From contig OX597821.1 of NCBI GenBank assembly GCA_951406725.2, forward strand, positions 93,372,001-93,436,000: DNA of 64,000 nucleotides, written 5' to 3'. The stretch is from Octopus vulgaris. Lineage: Eukaryota. Both the position numbers and the translations under genes were made by a program. Below, piece after piece: positions 1 through 12,096 of this stretch (its first letter is position 1; every line of letters begins with the position of its first letter). The notes below the pieces were generated by a model. The model saw only the letters and a list, made by a program, of their open reading frames with translations, was not told the origin of the DNA and did not search any database.

Positions 1-286
1 AAGGGAAGGTGAGCATGAAGTGAATTAAAATTGTTATGCCCAAGAAAATAATCTGAGGAAGTTAAAATGAAGTAATGCTATGGCTTCATACAATAGGAAA
101 AGTTTCACTTCACCTGATGGGAGAACTCACATCTCATGTAAAGGTAGAACTCATGCATTTTCAGGAAGACTTTTCTTGTAGTGTCATCAGCATCCACCAA
201 AAAGTGTGCAATATGTAAGGAATTTGTGGGATGATTTGATACAGAATACACCCATGCTGTGTGTATGTGTTGTGTGTGTGTCTCTC

Positions 287-321
<35 letters not shown>

Positions 322-352
322 GCTTATATGCATGTCCATACGTCTTTATACA

Positions 353-753
353 TTTACTCTTTACTCTTTACTCTTTTACTTGTTTCAGTCATTTGACTGC
401 AGCCATGCTGGAGCACCGCCCCTAGTCGAGCAAATCGACCCCGGGACTTATTCTTTGTAAGCCCAGTACTTATTCTATCGGTCTCTTTTGCCGGGGACGT
501 AAACACACCAGCATCGGTTGTCAAGCAATGCTAGGGGGACAAACACAGACACACAAACACACACACATATACATATATATACATATATATGACAGGCTTC
601 TTTCAGTTTCCGTCTACCAAATCCACTCACAAGGCATTGGTCGGCCCGGGGCTATAGCAGAAGACACTTGCCCAAGATGCCACGCAGTGGGACTGAACCC
701 GGAACCATGTGGTTGGTTAGCAAGCTACTTACCACACAGCCACTCCAGCACCT
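353..753 (-). mobile_element. SINE family A (bipartite tRNA-derived SINE), full length
   Basis: Reverse complement of the AGGCGCAGGAGTGGCTGTGTGGTAAG head with A/B boxes, CCTTGGGCAAGT core, central TA/TG microsatellite and (AGAGTAA)n tail; about 25 full or partial copies in the window. Confidence 0.9.
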
Positions 754-1270
754 ATATTTGTGCTTATATGTAACTGAAAGACGCATTTCCTAACCAGGCA
801 TATAACTTTACATGCTTCAGACAATGTTACATTATGAATCAATGTATAAAAACCTTGCAAGATCTATCCAATCTGTATATATACAACCCGTTCTTCATAT
901 CCTACACCTATATACACATACACACATATACATATAGATGTATACTTGTTTATGCACATATACACATATACACAAATATATATCATAGATACATGCATTA
1001 TATGTGTGTGTATTACATGTATATAGTTATAGATAGGTGTGAGCACACATACACACACAACACACAGGCATACATACACACAGGCATACATACAAACATG
1101 CACATACACATGCATGCAAGCACACATACACACACACACACACATATAAATATATATATTTTTATCACCTCATTACATGCATGTATTACATATACATATA
1201 TCAAAACCAATCTAAGCCATGTTTTGAACTTCTCCACAGTAATGTTGCCTGTCTTTGAAAATATGTCCCC

Positions 1271-1414
<144 letters not shown>

Positions 1415-2087
1415 CTTTCTTTTTCACAAAGTAATGAAATAAACCAGGACATATTATCTATTTGCTCGCAACTGATGCAACAGCCTCAACTTAATACAAG
1501 ACATTAAAACTGCTTTAAATTCCATAGAGAAACCGTTAAACTACATTGCATGAAAATTTTCAATTAACAGAAGGTTTCAAAGTAAAATGGAAAACATTAA
1601 ATACTAATACTAACAAATAAAATACTGAATAAATATAAAATAGATAAGAATCGAAATTTATGTGTGATTGTATTATAGTGATTCTGTTTAAATTTGAAGA
1701 AAACCTGTCGAAGCATAAGTGTATGATATGAGGTATGAGAATGTTGCACTGAAGAAAATATTTGTGTTAAGAAAATTTAGGTAATATGTTAATATTTCAA
1801 AAGTGTTTAGAAGTCTTCAGCTTCTAAAGAACTGTATCCATCTGCAGCTCATTTTTGATAAGGTCTTTTTTTCATCAGCTTCGTAGATTTAAATCAATCC
1901 AACGTTTCAACCTTGAACTCTTTAGCATTCAGGTTATTCTGGAAATGTAATGCTTAAAGATGAGACACGTAGGATAGAGAGTCCCTGATGAGGTCACAGG
2001 CATTAGCGCAAGCTCGAGTGTGTGTCACCTGGGCAGCCCTTCCATTCGCCACCACTGGATCCTATTGCAAACACATATTGCTTAGAG

Positions 2088-2306
2088 CAGTGCTTTTCAA
2101 AATTTTTGCTGGAGCGGAACCCCAAAGAAACATTCCACTGGCTCAAGGAACCCCTGTGCAATAATTTAATAGTTTTATGCACACATATCTGCACAGGAGA
2201 ATTAAAAATTACGGCTGATTTTAGCAGTGTTGTAACTTCTTATGGAACCCCTGGACTGTACTGGCGGAACCCTAAGGTTCCGCGGAACCCTGGTTGAAAA
2301 CCACTG
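2088..2306. mobile_element. hAT-Charlie-like MITE
   Basis: TIRs CAGTGCTTTTCAA / TTGAAAACCACTG; 8-bp TSD GCTTAGAG / GCCTAGAG, close to the Charlie-type NTCTAGAN target; internal GGAACCC repeats. Confidence 0.85.
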
Positions 2307-2331
2307 GCCTAGAGTGATAGCCTACAACAGG

Positions 2332-2410
2332 ATGAAAAGTGCTGCCCGGGACATGAAAAGTGCTGCCCGGGGCATGAAAAGTGCTGCCCAGGGCATGAAA
2401 AGTGCTGCCC
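2332..2410 (+). repeat. 21-bp minisatellite, about 4 units
   Basis: ATGAAAAGTGCTGCCCGGGGC repeated four times. Confidence 0.95.
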
Positions 2411-2529
2411 CTAAAACCCACCCATCCAGCTACGCTAGTGGGTACAGAATGGGATGAAAGAGCTTTGACAAAGAAACGTAAATAATAATAATAAACCTGA
2501 AGTGAAGATCAAATATATAATGCATGTGT

Positions 2530-2978
2530 CGCGTAACTGGCATCCATGCTGGTGGCATGTAAAAAGCACCTTTCGAGCAAGGTGGAAAGACGGCACCACA
2601 TGGAGGCAAGGTGGCCAATGTGGGTAGCATGTGAACAGTACCTTTCAAGTGTTGGGTCTCATGGAGGCAATGATGAATGACTGAGACCTTTGGCAATATG
2701 CTATGCTTGAGAAGAAGACCCATCAAAGCAAGTGAAATTATAGTCTTGGCAGATACTGGTGCCATGCAAATGGCACTTGTGACAGTGGCACGTAAAAGCA
2801 CTCATTACACTCTCAGAGTGGTTGGCATTAGGAAGGGCAACCAGGTGTAGAAACCATGCCAAATCAGACTGGAGTCTGGTGCAGACTTCCAGCATGCCAG
2901 GCCTGGTCAAACTACCCAATCCATGCTAGCATGGACAACTTACATTAAATGATGATGATGATGATGATGATGATGATG
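2530..2978 (+). mobile_element. RTE-like LINE 3' end (diverged)
   Basis: GTGGCACGTAAAAGCAC repeats, GTTGGCATTAGGAAGGGC motif and (GAT)n tail, homologous to 18606-19530. Confidence 0.75.
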
Positions 2979-3079
2979 TGCTTAATTGGCAAAATATGAC
3001 CATCCCTAAGTATAACAATAATTCTTAATTATTCACATTGTTTTGTATTAGCTTTGAGGTTTTGATGATGTGATTAATC

Positions 3080-3300
3080 TTTTATTCTTTTACTTGTTTC
3101 AGTCATTAGACTATGGCTATGCTGGAGCACCACCTTAAAGGGATTTTCAGTAAGAGAAATCGACCGCAGGACTTATTCTTTGTAAGCTTAGTACTTATTC
3201 TATTGATCTCTTTTGCCAAACCATTAACTCACGGGTGACATAAACATACCAGCATCGGTTATCAAGTGATAGTGGTAGGACAAATACAGACATACAAACA
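3080..3300 (-). mobile_element. SINE family A, 3' half
   Basis: TTTTACTTGTTTCAGTCATT...GCTGGAGCACC...CCAGCATCGGTT matches the family A right arm. Confidence 0.8.
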
Positions 3301-3340
3301 CATGCACACACATAAATATATACATACATACATATATATG

Positions 3341-3388
<48 letters not shown>

Positions 3389-3839
3389 CGTTAGGACAAC
3401 AGGTCAATAAGTAAGTAAATAGAATAATAATAATAATAGCAATAACTACAACAACAATAACAACAACAACAACAAGCTGTGGAATGTATACATAAGAAGT
3501 AAAACTGGACAAATAAACAATAAAATGTACTAAGATAACCATTAACTTGAAATAGCAAAGCTTCAGGATGATATTTCTCTGACTGATATTTGAAATATAA
3601 CAATAGGTCTTTGTGTAAAATTTCGATGGGAAATTTTTTATTATTCTCAATTTGAACTCTTTAAAACAAGAGCTTTTTTTTTTATCAAATAACTAATTAC
3701 AAACATCTCAACTAAGTTGATATCAAAATGCTGATGAATGGATAATAGAACTCTACTCAGTGAAGACCTTCAATATAAAATTATCTATTGGGTTGTCCGG
3801 AAAGTTCGTGCAGATTTATAACAGCTTACCTTTCGATTT

Positions 3840-4267
3840 CAAAATCAAAATCAATCAACATCAATGGAAATTGTAGCTGTGATACCAGTGCCGGTGGCAC
3901 ATAAGAGAACCATCCGAACGTGGCTGTTGCCAGCGCTGCTCTCACTGGCTTTTGTGCCGGTGGTACGTAAAAAGCACCATCTGATCATGGCCATTGCCAA
4001 CCTCGCCTGGCCTCCGTGCCGGTGGCACGTAAAAAGCACCATCCGATTGTTGCCCTTTGCCAGCCTCGTCTGGCACCTGTGCCGGTGGCACGTAAAAAGC
4101 ACCCACTACACTCATGGAGTGGTTGGCATTAGGAAGGGCATCCAGTCATAGGAACATTGCCAGATCAGACTGGGCCTGGTGCAGCCTTCTGGCTTCCCAG
4201 ACCCCAGTTGCACCGTCCAACCCATGCCAGCAAGGAAAGCAAATGCTAAACGATGATGATGACGATG
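3840..4267 (+). mobile_element. RTE-like LINE 3' UTR fragment nested in the mariner
   Basis: 3-4 internal ~60-bp units (GTGCCGGTGGCACGTAAAAAGCACCATCCG), conserved 3' end, (GAT)n tail. Confidence 0.85.
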
Positions 4268-4419
4268 GTTGAGTCCATAAAATAAGATTTGACTACACCA
4301 TTTAGAGCGCAGTTTAAGCTATCTTTTCGTGGAAGAAGCTTTATGTTCCTATAACCTGCGTTAATTCTGTAACCCTATAAAATGAAAAATAAGAAAGTTC
4401 ATTTTCGGCTCTTGATGCT

Positions 4420-4689
4420 TTGGGAACCAAACAAAAATTGCTGCAGCTCGGCTGGGATGTGCTACCCCACCCTCCATATTCACCAGATATTGCTCCTTCA
4501 GATTTCCACTTATTCAGATTTCTGCAGAATAGTCTTAATGGTAAGAATTTCAATTCCTTGGATGACATAAAAAGATACCTTGATGAATTCCCTTGCCATG
4601 AAACCACCTCAGTTCTGGGAAGAGAGTATTTTGAAGTTAAAGGAAAGATGGAGATGCATTGTGCAACAAAATGGTTCATATTTGGTTGA
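4420..4689 (+). pseudogene. mariner transposase C-terminal fragment
   Basis: ORF contains HPPYSPDIAPSDFHLFRFLQNSLNGKNF; frame is lost downstream. Confidence 0.85.
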
Positions 4690-5058
4690 TTAAAAATGTA
4701 ATGGCAAATATTTATTGACCTTTTTCTCTGTGTGTATCCTTATGTTGACATCATGTGATGGTTATAAACATGTCTGGCTATTGGGAAATATTGCTTTGCT
4801 TGGAAACAAGCAATGGTTGGCAAGGGGAAGATCATCCAACCATAGAAAATCTGCCTTGATAAATTCCATCTGGCCCATGCAAGTAAGGAGAAGTGGACAT
4901 TTAATGATTATGATGCTGATGATGATGTGTTATCTTTAAATCTAATCATGTTATATTCTACATAAGTACAAGAGCTATCGATGTGCTTCATTCACATTGC
5001 CAGCTCAATGCTCAGTAATATTATGCAATGATAGAAGTGTCAATATTTCAGATAAAAC

Positions 5059-5272
5059 AAGGTGGTGAGCTGGCAGAAACATTAGCATGCTGGACGAAAT
5101 GCTTAGCGGTAATTCATGTCTTTACTTTCTGAGTTCAAATACTGCCGAGGTTGACTTTGCCTTTCATTCTTTTAGGTCAATAAATTAAGTACCAGTTGCA
5201 TACTGGGTCGATCTAATCAACTGGCCCCCTTCCTCCAAATTTCGGTCCTTGTACCTAGCATAGAAAGGAATA
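5059..5272 (+). mobile_element. SINE family C (tRNA-related head, Meta-like central domain)
   Basis: AAGGTGGTGAGCTGGCAGAA head, GAGTTCAAAT B box, GACTTTGCCTTTCAT...AAGTACCAG domain; more than 12 copies in the window. Confidence 0.8.
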
Positions 5273-5286
5273 TTTCAGATAGAACC

Positions 5287-5430
5287 AAGGTGGCAAGTTG
5301 ATAGAATCGTTAGCAATCCAGGGAGAACGATGGCAATTCATCTGTCTTTATGTTCTGAATTCAAATTCCACCATGGTCAACTTTGCCTCTCATCCTTTCA
5401 GGGTCGAGTGCCAAAAATTTGAAACCAATA
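5287..5430 (+). mobile_element. SINE family C, degenerate tandem copy
   Basis: Same head, B box and central domain directly downstream of the previous copy. Confidence 0.7.
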
Positions 5431-5549
5431 TTTCAAACAGAACTCAGTCAATTCATAGTTGTAGGATTGTATTATTGCAAGAGAGCTGAAATTCTATTTT
5501 GAGCATAATAACATTCAAAGCCATCTTTCTATTATAAATGTTTAAACAG

Positions 5550-5697
5550 GATAAGTGGTAAGAAGCTAGATTCCCAACCACATGGTTCTGGGTTCAGTGC
5601 CACTGCATCATACTTTGGGCAAGTGTCTGCTACTGTAGTACAGGACTGGCTAAAGTCATGTGCATGGATATGGAAGACAGAAACTAAAAGAAGACCA
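5550..5697 (+). mobile_element. SINE family A, 5' half (diverged)
   Basis: GTGGTAAGAAGCT...GGTTCAGTGCCACTGC...TTGGGCAAGTGTC. Confidence 0.75.
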
Positions 5698-5698
5698 T

Positions 5699-5948
5699 GG
5701 GCAAATGGCGTAGTGGTTAAGAGTGTAGGCTACTAACTCCAAGATTCCGAGTTCAATTCCAGACAGTGACCTGAATAATGATAATAATGATAATGATGAT
5801 AACATCGAAAAATACCTTAGGAATGAGAACCCAGGATTGACTTTTCCTCAAGACACCTGATGAAGACTGGAGGGTACATCAGCCAAAACGTTCTGTTAAC
5901 AACAAACAAGATGAGGACAAATATCATCAAATGTAAATAATGTAAATA
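5699..5948 (+). mobile_element. tRNA-headed SINE with a hammerhead-like 3' module
   Basis: A box TGGCGTAGTGG, B box GAGTTCAATTCC, (AAT/GAT)n linker, GACAC-CTGATGA-A-GACTG..CAGCC-aAAA-CG-TT, terminal (AATGTAAAT)2. Confidence 0.7.
5852..5897 (+). ncRNA. Degenerate minimal type I hammerhead ribozyme motif
   Basis: CTGATGA core at 5857, stem II GACTG/CAGCC with one mismatch, GAAA read as AAAA, palindromic stem III AACGTT, stem I GACAC/cTGTT. Confidence 0.5.
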
Positions 5949-6059
5949 ACAGTTAAATTTCTATTAGAATACTAATTATAAAAGAAATATTTCGTGTGTA
6001 ACTTCTTCCCAAAAATGGTTAGTGGCATTTATAAAAAAAAACATATATACAGTAACAGA

Positions 6060-7250
6060 TAATAATTTTATTTATCAAAAAATGCTATGAGGAAAAAAAT
6101 AAACCTTCTTTTCTTTAATGTTATTTAATAAAACCGCCTTCAGCTTCAACAACTGCTTCTATATAAGATCTAAATCATCTACATGCTTGAATGAAGTGGT
6201 CTTGGCTCATTTCGGACACCACTCTGAGTATGGTAGCTTTCAAAGAATCTTTGGAATTATAGGCGTGTTCATTGACCTCTCTCTCAACAAGGCTCCACAT
6301 GTAATAGTCCAATGGATTGAGATCTGGGGAATTAGGAGGCCAAATGTTAGGGGTTATGTGATCATGAAATTTTTCAGTCATCCATTCCTGTGTTACTAGA
6401 GCCATGTGTAATAGTGCAGAGTCGTACTGAACACATATGGCCTTCCATTGCATACACTGTCTATCCAGGGCTTAACAATTATTTCCAAGACCTCAATGTA
6501 GGCAGTAGAGTTAACTCGAAGGCCTTGTGGAAAGAAATAATGAGGCTTCACATGTCCTTCATTGCTGACAACTCCTAAAACCATGACAGTTGCATGGAAA
6601 TTTTTTATGCATAACACTTCAGTAGGGTCTGCACATAACCATCTGTCATTTCTTCTATTAAATTTTTGATCTTGGTTGAAGTTTTTCTCGTTTGAGAAAA
6701 AACAAATCAAATCTTCTACTGGAGTTTTCAGTTTATTTAAGAGCCTTTTAGATTTGATGTAGTGATTTTCTTTTGCTCATTCTGACAAATTGACCTTTCC
6801 TCATCATATAAAACTTATATCTGATGTCTTCATGGACAACATTTCTGACTGTTCTTTCTGATACATAGAGATCTTTAGCAATTGACCTCATAGACTTTCT
6901 AGGATTGTAATCAATGGTCTGTTGAACTTTGTGGATAAATTCAGGTTTTCTGATGATTTCAGAGTGTTTAGAATGCGTTTTATGTTTTGATACTGGTGAT
7001 ACATTTCCATCTTTAGTCTTTAGCTCCTTACAAACTTTGTAGATGAAAGATCTGGCAACTTTTAAAAATCGAAATATTTCTAAATCCCTTTGCTCAGCCT
7101 TTATAACCAAAATAACAGCATGCCTCTTCATTTCTTGAGTAAGCTAAGGGTCTGCCATTATTAGTTTCTGAAACAAAGATTATACAGAATTCGCAAAATA
7201 TGCAGCAATGACTCAAAAAAGGTATGTCCTCAAATACCTTACGTACCCTG
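6060..7250 (-). mobile_element. Decayed Tc1/mariner DD37D (maT-like) transposon
   Basis: Frameshifted ORFs: HTH-like N-terminus (6748-7131), FSNEKNF (6396-6710) and YDSA-x-WPPNSPDLNPLD with 37 residues between the last two Asp (6175-6453); terminus ...ACCCTG-TA at 7250; other end uncertain. Confidence 0.85.
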
Positions 7251-7284
7251 TATATAAATATGAGAGAGAGAGAGAGAGTGAATT

Positions 7285-7495
7285 TGGGTCCGTGTTTGTT
7301 CCCCATCTTCATTTGACAATCAGTGCTAGTGTGTTTATATCCCTGTAACTTAGCGGTTTGGCAAAAAGGAGACTGACAGAATAAGTACCAGGCTTAAAAA
7401 ATAAGTATTGAGTTCAATTCGTTCAACTGAATAGCCTGAAGATGCTGCCCCAGCATGGCCACAGTCTGATAACTGAATCAAATAAAAGATAAAAG
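7285..7495 (+). mobile_element. SINE family A, 3' half
   Basis: TTGACAA..GTGTGTTTAT..TAACTTAGCGG..CCAGCATGGCCACAGTC. Confidence 0.8.
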
Positions 7496-7549
7496 ATCCA
7501 ATCTCAACACACACAACACATTAACACACACACACACTCGCACACAAAT

Positions 7550-7581
<32 letters not shown>

Positions 7582-7934
7582 ACACACATACACACACATA
7601 CATAAACGCACAAAATATCTACAACCGTTATTGTTTCTTTCAGCTTCCGGCTCTGAGCAGTTCAAAACAACTGCAGTTAATCTATAAAGGATCAGAACTG
7701 GTTTGCATCTGGTGTGCAGTGATTGACATGTTTTTAAGGAGAGAAGGAATGGATATTTAGGGGATGTCGGAGTTGATTGGAGAAGAAACTGAAAGGATGC
7801 TGTCATTACAGCCAAATATGACAAGGGACAGGAAACTTTGAGTCTAAATGATTAGATATGAGCACAACCGAGAGGAAGGACTTTGACAGTGAGTTTTTGC
7901 GTGCCTCATTCTATGTTATTGTTACTGTTGCTAC

Positions 7935-8520
7935 TGGTGGTGGAGATGGTGGTGGCGGCGGCGGCAGTGGTGGTGGTGGTGGTGGTGGTGGTTATGGTGC
8001 TGCAAACAACAAAAAAAGATTGGCGGGAGGCAGGGGGTAACAGATAGCAGTGGTGATGATTGTGAAGGTGGTTTGGGCAGTGGTAGTGCTCGTGGTGGTG
8101 GTAAAGGTAGTACTGTTGATGGCAATGGTGATGGTGGTGGTGGTGGTGGTGGTGGTGGTGGGTGGGGTGGCAGTGGTGGCAGTAGCAACAGTGATGGTTA
8201 TGATGGCTGTTGTAGTAGTTGTGGTGATGGTTGTGGTTGTAGTGGCGGTGGTAGCAGTGATGGTGGTAGTGGTGGTGGTAGTGGTGGTGATGGTGATGGT
8301 TGTGGTTGTGTTGTTGTTGTTGGTAGTTGTAGCAGTGGTGGTGGTGGTGGTGGTAATGATGGTGGTTGTGGCAGCAGTGGTGGTGGTAGTGGTGGTGGTG
8401 GTGGTGGTGGCAGCGGTGGTTGTGGCAGCCGTGGTGGTGGTGGTGGTGGCGGCGGCGGCGGCAGTGGTTGTGGCAGCAGTGGTGGTGGTGGTGGTAGTCG
8501 TGGCGGCATCGGCAGTGTTG
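7935..8520. repeat. Compound (GGT/GGC/AGT)n trinucleotide microsatellite
   Basis: Open in several frames on both strands (poly-G, V, P), with no unique coding flanks. Confidence 0.9.
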
Positions 8521-8744
8521 GTACTGATATGTAGCTACTATTGATTTTGCCGTAGCTAATCTTGTTGTTGCTGCAAATCTTCACATTTATTAATGGTTTA
8601 GCTCCAGCTGTCACCCTCCTGTTGGAGTTGGTAGCATTTATGGGGGGCTGTGAGTGGTGGCTGTTAAATTAACTGGTGGGGTTTTGATTAAAATTGGGAT
8701 TTATTGCTTTAATTTTCATCCCTTTATTGAATGAAATTGCAAAC

Positions 8745-9050
8745 AATAACAATAGCAATGACAACAACAACAACAATAACAACAACAACAACAGCAACAA
8801 AAACAAGGATGAGGATGCCAACGAGAATGACAGCAATTACTGCAGTGGCAATGACAACTACTACAACAACAACAACAACAATGTGATTTAACCACCATCA
8901 CCATCACAACCAGCGTTACCATCACCAGCAAAGACACCACCAAAAACAACAGCCACAACAACAACACCAACACCACCACAACGACCACCTTCTCCCCCTC
9001 CATTACCACCATCTTCTCCACTACCACCACCACTACTACTACCACCACCA
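8745..9050. repeat. (AAC)n / (ACC)n microsatellite region
   Basis: Degenerate CAA and CCA repeats. Confidence 0.85.
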
Positions 9051-9087
9051 TTAGCTACACTATTACTACTAATATTATAGTGTTAAT

Positions 9088-9510
9088 CAAGGTGGGGATC
9101 AGACAAAATGCTTGCTTTGTGGCACTTCATCCATCTTCAAGGTTCTGAGTTCAAATTCTACCACGGCTGACTTTGCCTTTCATCCTTTCAGTGTCGATAA
9201 AATAAGTACCAGTCGAATACTGGGTTTGATGTTAATACCCTACCCCTCCCTTGAAATTGCTGGTCTTGTGCCAAAATTTGAAATCTTTTATATTCATAGA
9301 AGGCAGCTAGCTGGTAGTCATTAAGCATCCCGGGCAAAATTCTTGCTTAACGGCATTTTGTCCATCTTCAAGGTTCTGAGTTCAAATTCTACCAAAGTTA
9401 ACCTTGACTTTCCTCCTTTCAGGATCAATAAAATAAAACCCTGGGGTTGATAAGTAATCAACTTACCACTTTCCCTGAAATTGCTAGCCTTGTGCCAAAA
9501 TTTGAAATCA
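9088..9510 (+). mobile_element. Two tandem degenerate family C SINEs
   Basis: TCCATCTTCAAGGTTCTGAGTTCAAATTCTACCA occurs at about 9130 and 9361; both copies end in CTTGTGCCAAAATTTGAAATC. Confidence 0.75.
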
Positions 9511-9904
9511 ATATTATAGAATTATCCAACATGGAAACCATTACCAATAACACAGTCATAACAACCACAACCACCATCCAATGGTAAAAATAAGCAGCTT
9601 CATCACCACTGCCATCATCATCGTCATCACCATCATCAACACCAGTAGCATTGACATCATCATCGTTGCTGCTGATTTCATCATCATCATCAATTATATG
9701 ATGATTATTAATGACAGTGCTATGAGGCAATGAGAAAGCCTGTACATGGTCATTAACTCGGCAAGAAATAGCAACCAATTTTCCTCTCAGAAAAAAACAA
9801 CCTTGATGTCTTAAACAATAAGAAGGACACATTGCATAATGTAGCCCTAAATAAACTGTGTCTAAATAACAGTTGGCCTGGTTATAGCTCGGTTAAGACT
9901 TTTG

Positions 9905-10060
9905 GTCATAGGTACACAACTGGTACCTAATTTATCGACCTCGAAAGGATGAAAGGCAGAGTCAACCTCAACAGAATATTAACTCAGAACATAAAAACAG
10001 ACGAAATATCGCTAAGTATTTCATCCAGCGTGCTAACGTTTCTGCCAGCTCACCACCTTT
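9905..10060 (-). mobile_element. SINE family C
   Basis: CTGGTAC..TTATCGACC..AAAGGATGAAAGGC..TCTGCCAGCTCACCACCTT. Confidence 0.8.
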
Positions 10061-10496
10061 ACACTATGTGTAAATTAAGAGATTAAAATTGAACTATACT
10101 GTTGTCAGTCTTCGTATTATCATCAAAGACTTTGTGGGTAAGTGGTCTCCTAATTAATGTATCAATTTCAGAGAATGGTAACATATATATTGGCAATATT
10201 ATTTAGAGCACTGGAAAAAATGCCTTGTGGTCTTTGTCTTGACTCTTTATATACTAAGTTCAAATCCTGCTACGGTCACTCTGCTTTTTTTCATTCCAGG
10301 TCTGTAAAGAAAGTACCAGTCAAATATTGGGGTCAGTTTAATTGACTGGTTGCCTGCCCTAAATTCCTAGCTCTGCACTGATATTACAAATTGTTATTCT
10401 TCATTTTACAGTAACAAAGGTGAGAATCCAGTTTTGAACCATGTATACAGGAATAAAATACCCATTGATGATTAGATATTGAATTTATTGAAAGGT

Positions 10497-10900
10497 AGGC
10501 GCAGGAGTGGCTGTGTGGTAAGTAGCTTGCTAACCAACCACATGGTTCTAGGTTCAGTCCCACTGCGTGGCACCTTGGGCAAGTGTCTTCTACTATAGCC
10601 TCGGGCCGACCAAAGCCTTGTGAGTGGATTTGGTAGACAGAAACTTAAAGAAGCCCGTCGTATATATCTATAAATATGTGTGTGTGTATCTGTCTGTGTT
10701 TGTCCCCCCAACATCACTTGACAACCGATGCTGGTGTGTTTACATCCCCGTAACTTAGCGGTTCGGCAAAATAGACGATAGTTTAAGTACTAGGCTTACA
10801 AAGAATAAGTCCTGGGGTTGATTTGCTCGACTAAAAAAGGCAGTGCTCCAGCATGGCCACAGTCAAATGACTGAAACAAGTAAAAGAGAGTAAAAGAGTA
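10497..10900 (+). mobile_element. SINE family A, full length
   Basis: Complete head, core, microsatellite linker and tail. Confidence 0.92.
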
Positions 10901-11436
10901 TATGGGTGTGTATGTTTTGGAAGGGGAAGAACAAAAGTAACAAAAAGAACACATTGACTCTTGGAAAATTCCAGAAAGTGATGAAATTGAAAGGAAAGTA
11001 AAGCAATAAAAATAAAAAAAGTTAAGTGATTAGATGTAAAAAGGACATCCACCTTAAAATTGCTTGTTTTAGCAGTTTGTCTGAAATGTTCCAATTTATG
11101 TAATTCATTACATCCAATCTTGTGATGAAAATTTCATGAGCAGTTTGTTCAAATTTTAAAAAATACCACTGTAGTCTAAAAGTGTGTAGCAATGCTTAAG
11201 TTTTACCTTTTCAGTTGTTTCGATTTAAATAGTTAAAACTAAATATGGATAGACACATGTTCTAAATTACGTCATATTTGGCATAGCAAAGAGTCTCGTT
11301 AACTTTGTCAATGTGTGTCAAAGCACCTACTACTCTTTTTACATTATAGACTATTAGGGAATTGGGCCTAACTTCTAAGAGAAATGGTAGGTGTAGCATG
11401 AACTGAGGGATATTTGGTTGCTGTTTTTTTGGGCTT

Positions 11437-11610
11437 TTGCTTGACAACCAATGCTGGTGTGTTTACATCCCTGTAACTTAGCGGTTTGGAAAAAGCGACA
11501 GATAGAATAAGTACTAAGCTTACAAAGAATAAGTCCTAGGGTTGATTTGCTCAACTAAAGGTGGTGCTCCAGCATGGCCTCAGTCAAATGTCTGAAACAA
11601 GTAAAAGAGA
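11437..11610 (+). mobile_element. SINE family A, 3' half
   Basis: Right arm and tail only. Confidence 0.85.
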
Positions 11611-11834
11611 ATAAATATATAGATAATTATATATTAACAAAGCAAACTTACACAGAGTACAAAGAGACAGAAAATTAAAGGGGAGAAGGTATAGTGTTAC
11701 AAGTCTGTCTGCCCTTTCTGGAGGCTTGGATTTATTTCATAATGCTTGCAGACGTAGTTCACAAAAATATGCGACCAGTAGTTGCAGCAAATAAACAGTG
11801 GGTAAATCCAGCCTTTGTCTTCAAGGTGGCACGA

Positions 11835-12080
11835 TGTATGTATGTATGTATGTATGTATGTATGTATGTATGTATGTATGTGTATGTATATGTGTGTGTA
11901 TGTATGTATGTAGGTATGTATGCATGCATACATGCATGTATGTATGTATGTATGTATGTATGTATGTATGTATGTATGTATGTATGTATGTATGTATGTA
12001 TGTATGTATGTGTGTATGTATGTATGTATGCATGCATGCATGTATGTATGTATGTATGCATGCATGCATGTATGCATGTA
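11835..12080. repeat. (TATG)n microsatellite
   Basis: Tetranucleotide array. Confidence 0.97.
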
Positions 12081-12096
12081 TTTAGGTAGGTATGTA

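Larger units (their letters stand above)
2001..2440. mobile_element. hAT-like MITE (outer) with internal 21-bp tandem repeat
   Basis: Imperfect TIRs CATTAGCGCAAGCT / AGCTACGCTAGTG; flanks GTCACAGG / GGTACAGA match 5/8 as a possible TSD; interrupted by a second MITE. Confidence 0.45.
3787..4720 (+). mobile_element. Internally deleted mariner transposon interrupted by an RTE insertion
   Basis: Left end TA-TTGGGTTGTCCGGAAAG; N-terminus MKNKKVHFRLLML joined to C-terminal LGWDVLPHPPYSPDIAPSDFHLFRFLQN (mariner YSPDLAPSD motif), so the middle of the transposase is deleted. Confidence 0.85.

Noticed and set aside
528-773. Recurrent MLGGQTQTHKH... ORF that looks like a multigene family
   Set aside because: It is the antisense translation of SINE family A, with frames broken differently in each copy
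1743-1825. Isolated CTGAAGA...GAAA matches on both strands
   Set aside because: The required stems do not pair; expected by chance in AT-rich DNA
7858-8614. Gly-rich, Pro-rich and Val-rich ORFs of 85-164 aa
   Set aside because: They derive from a (GGT)n microsatellite open in several frames on both strands, with no unique coding context or splice support
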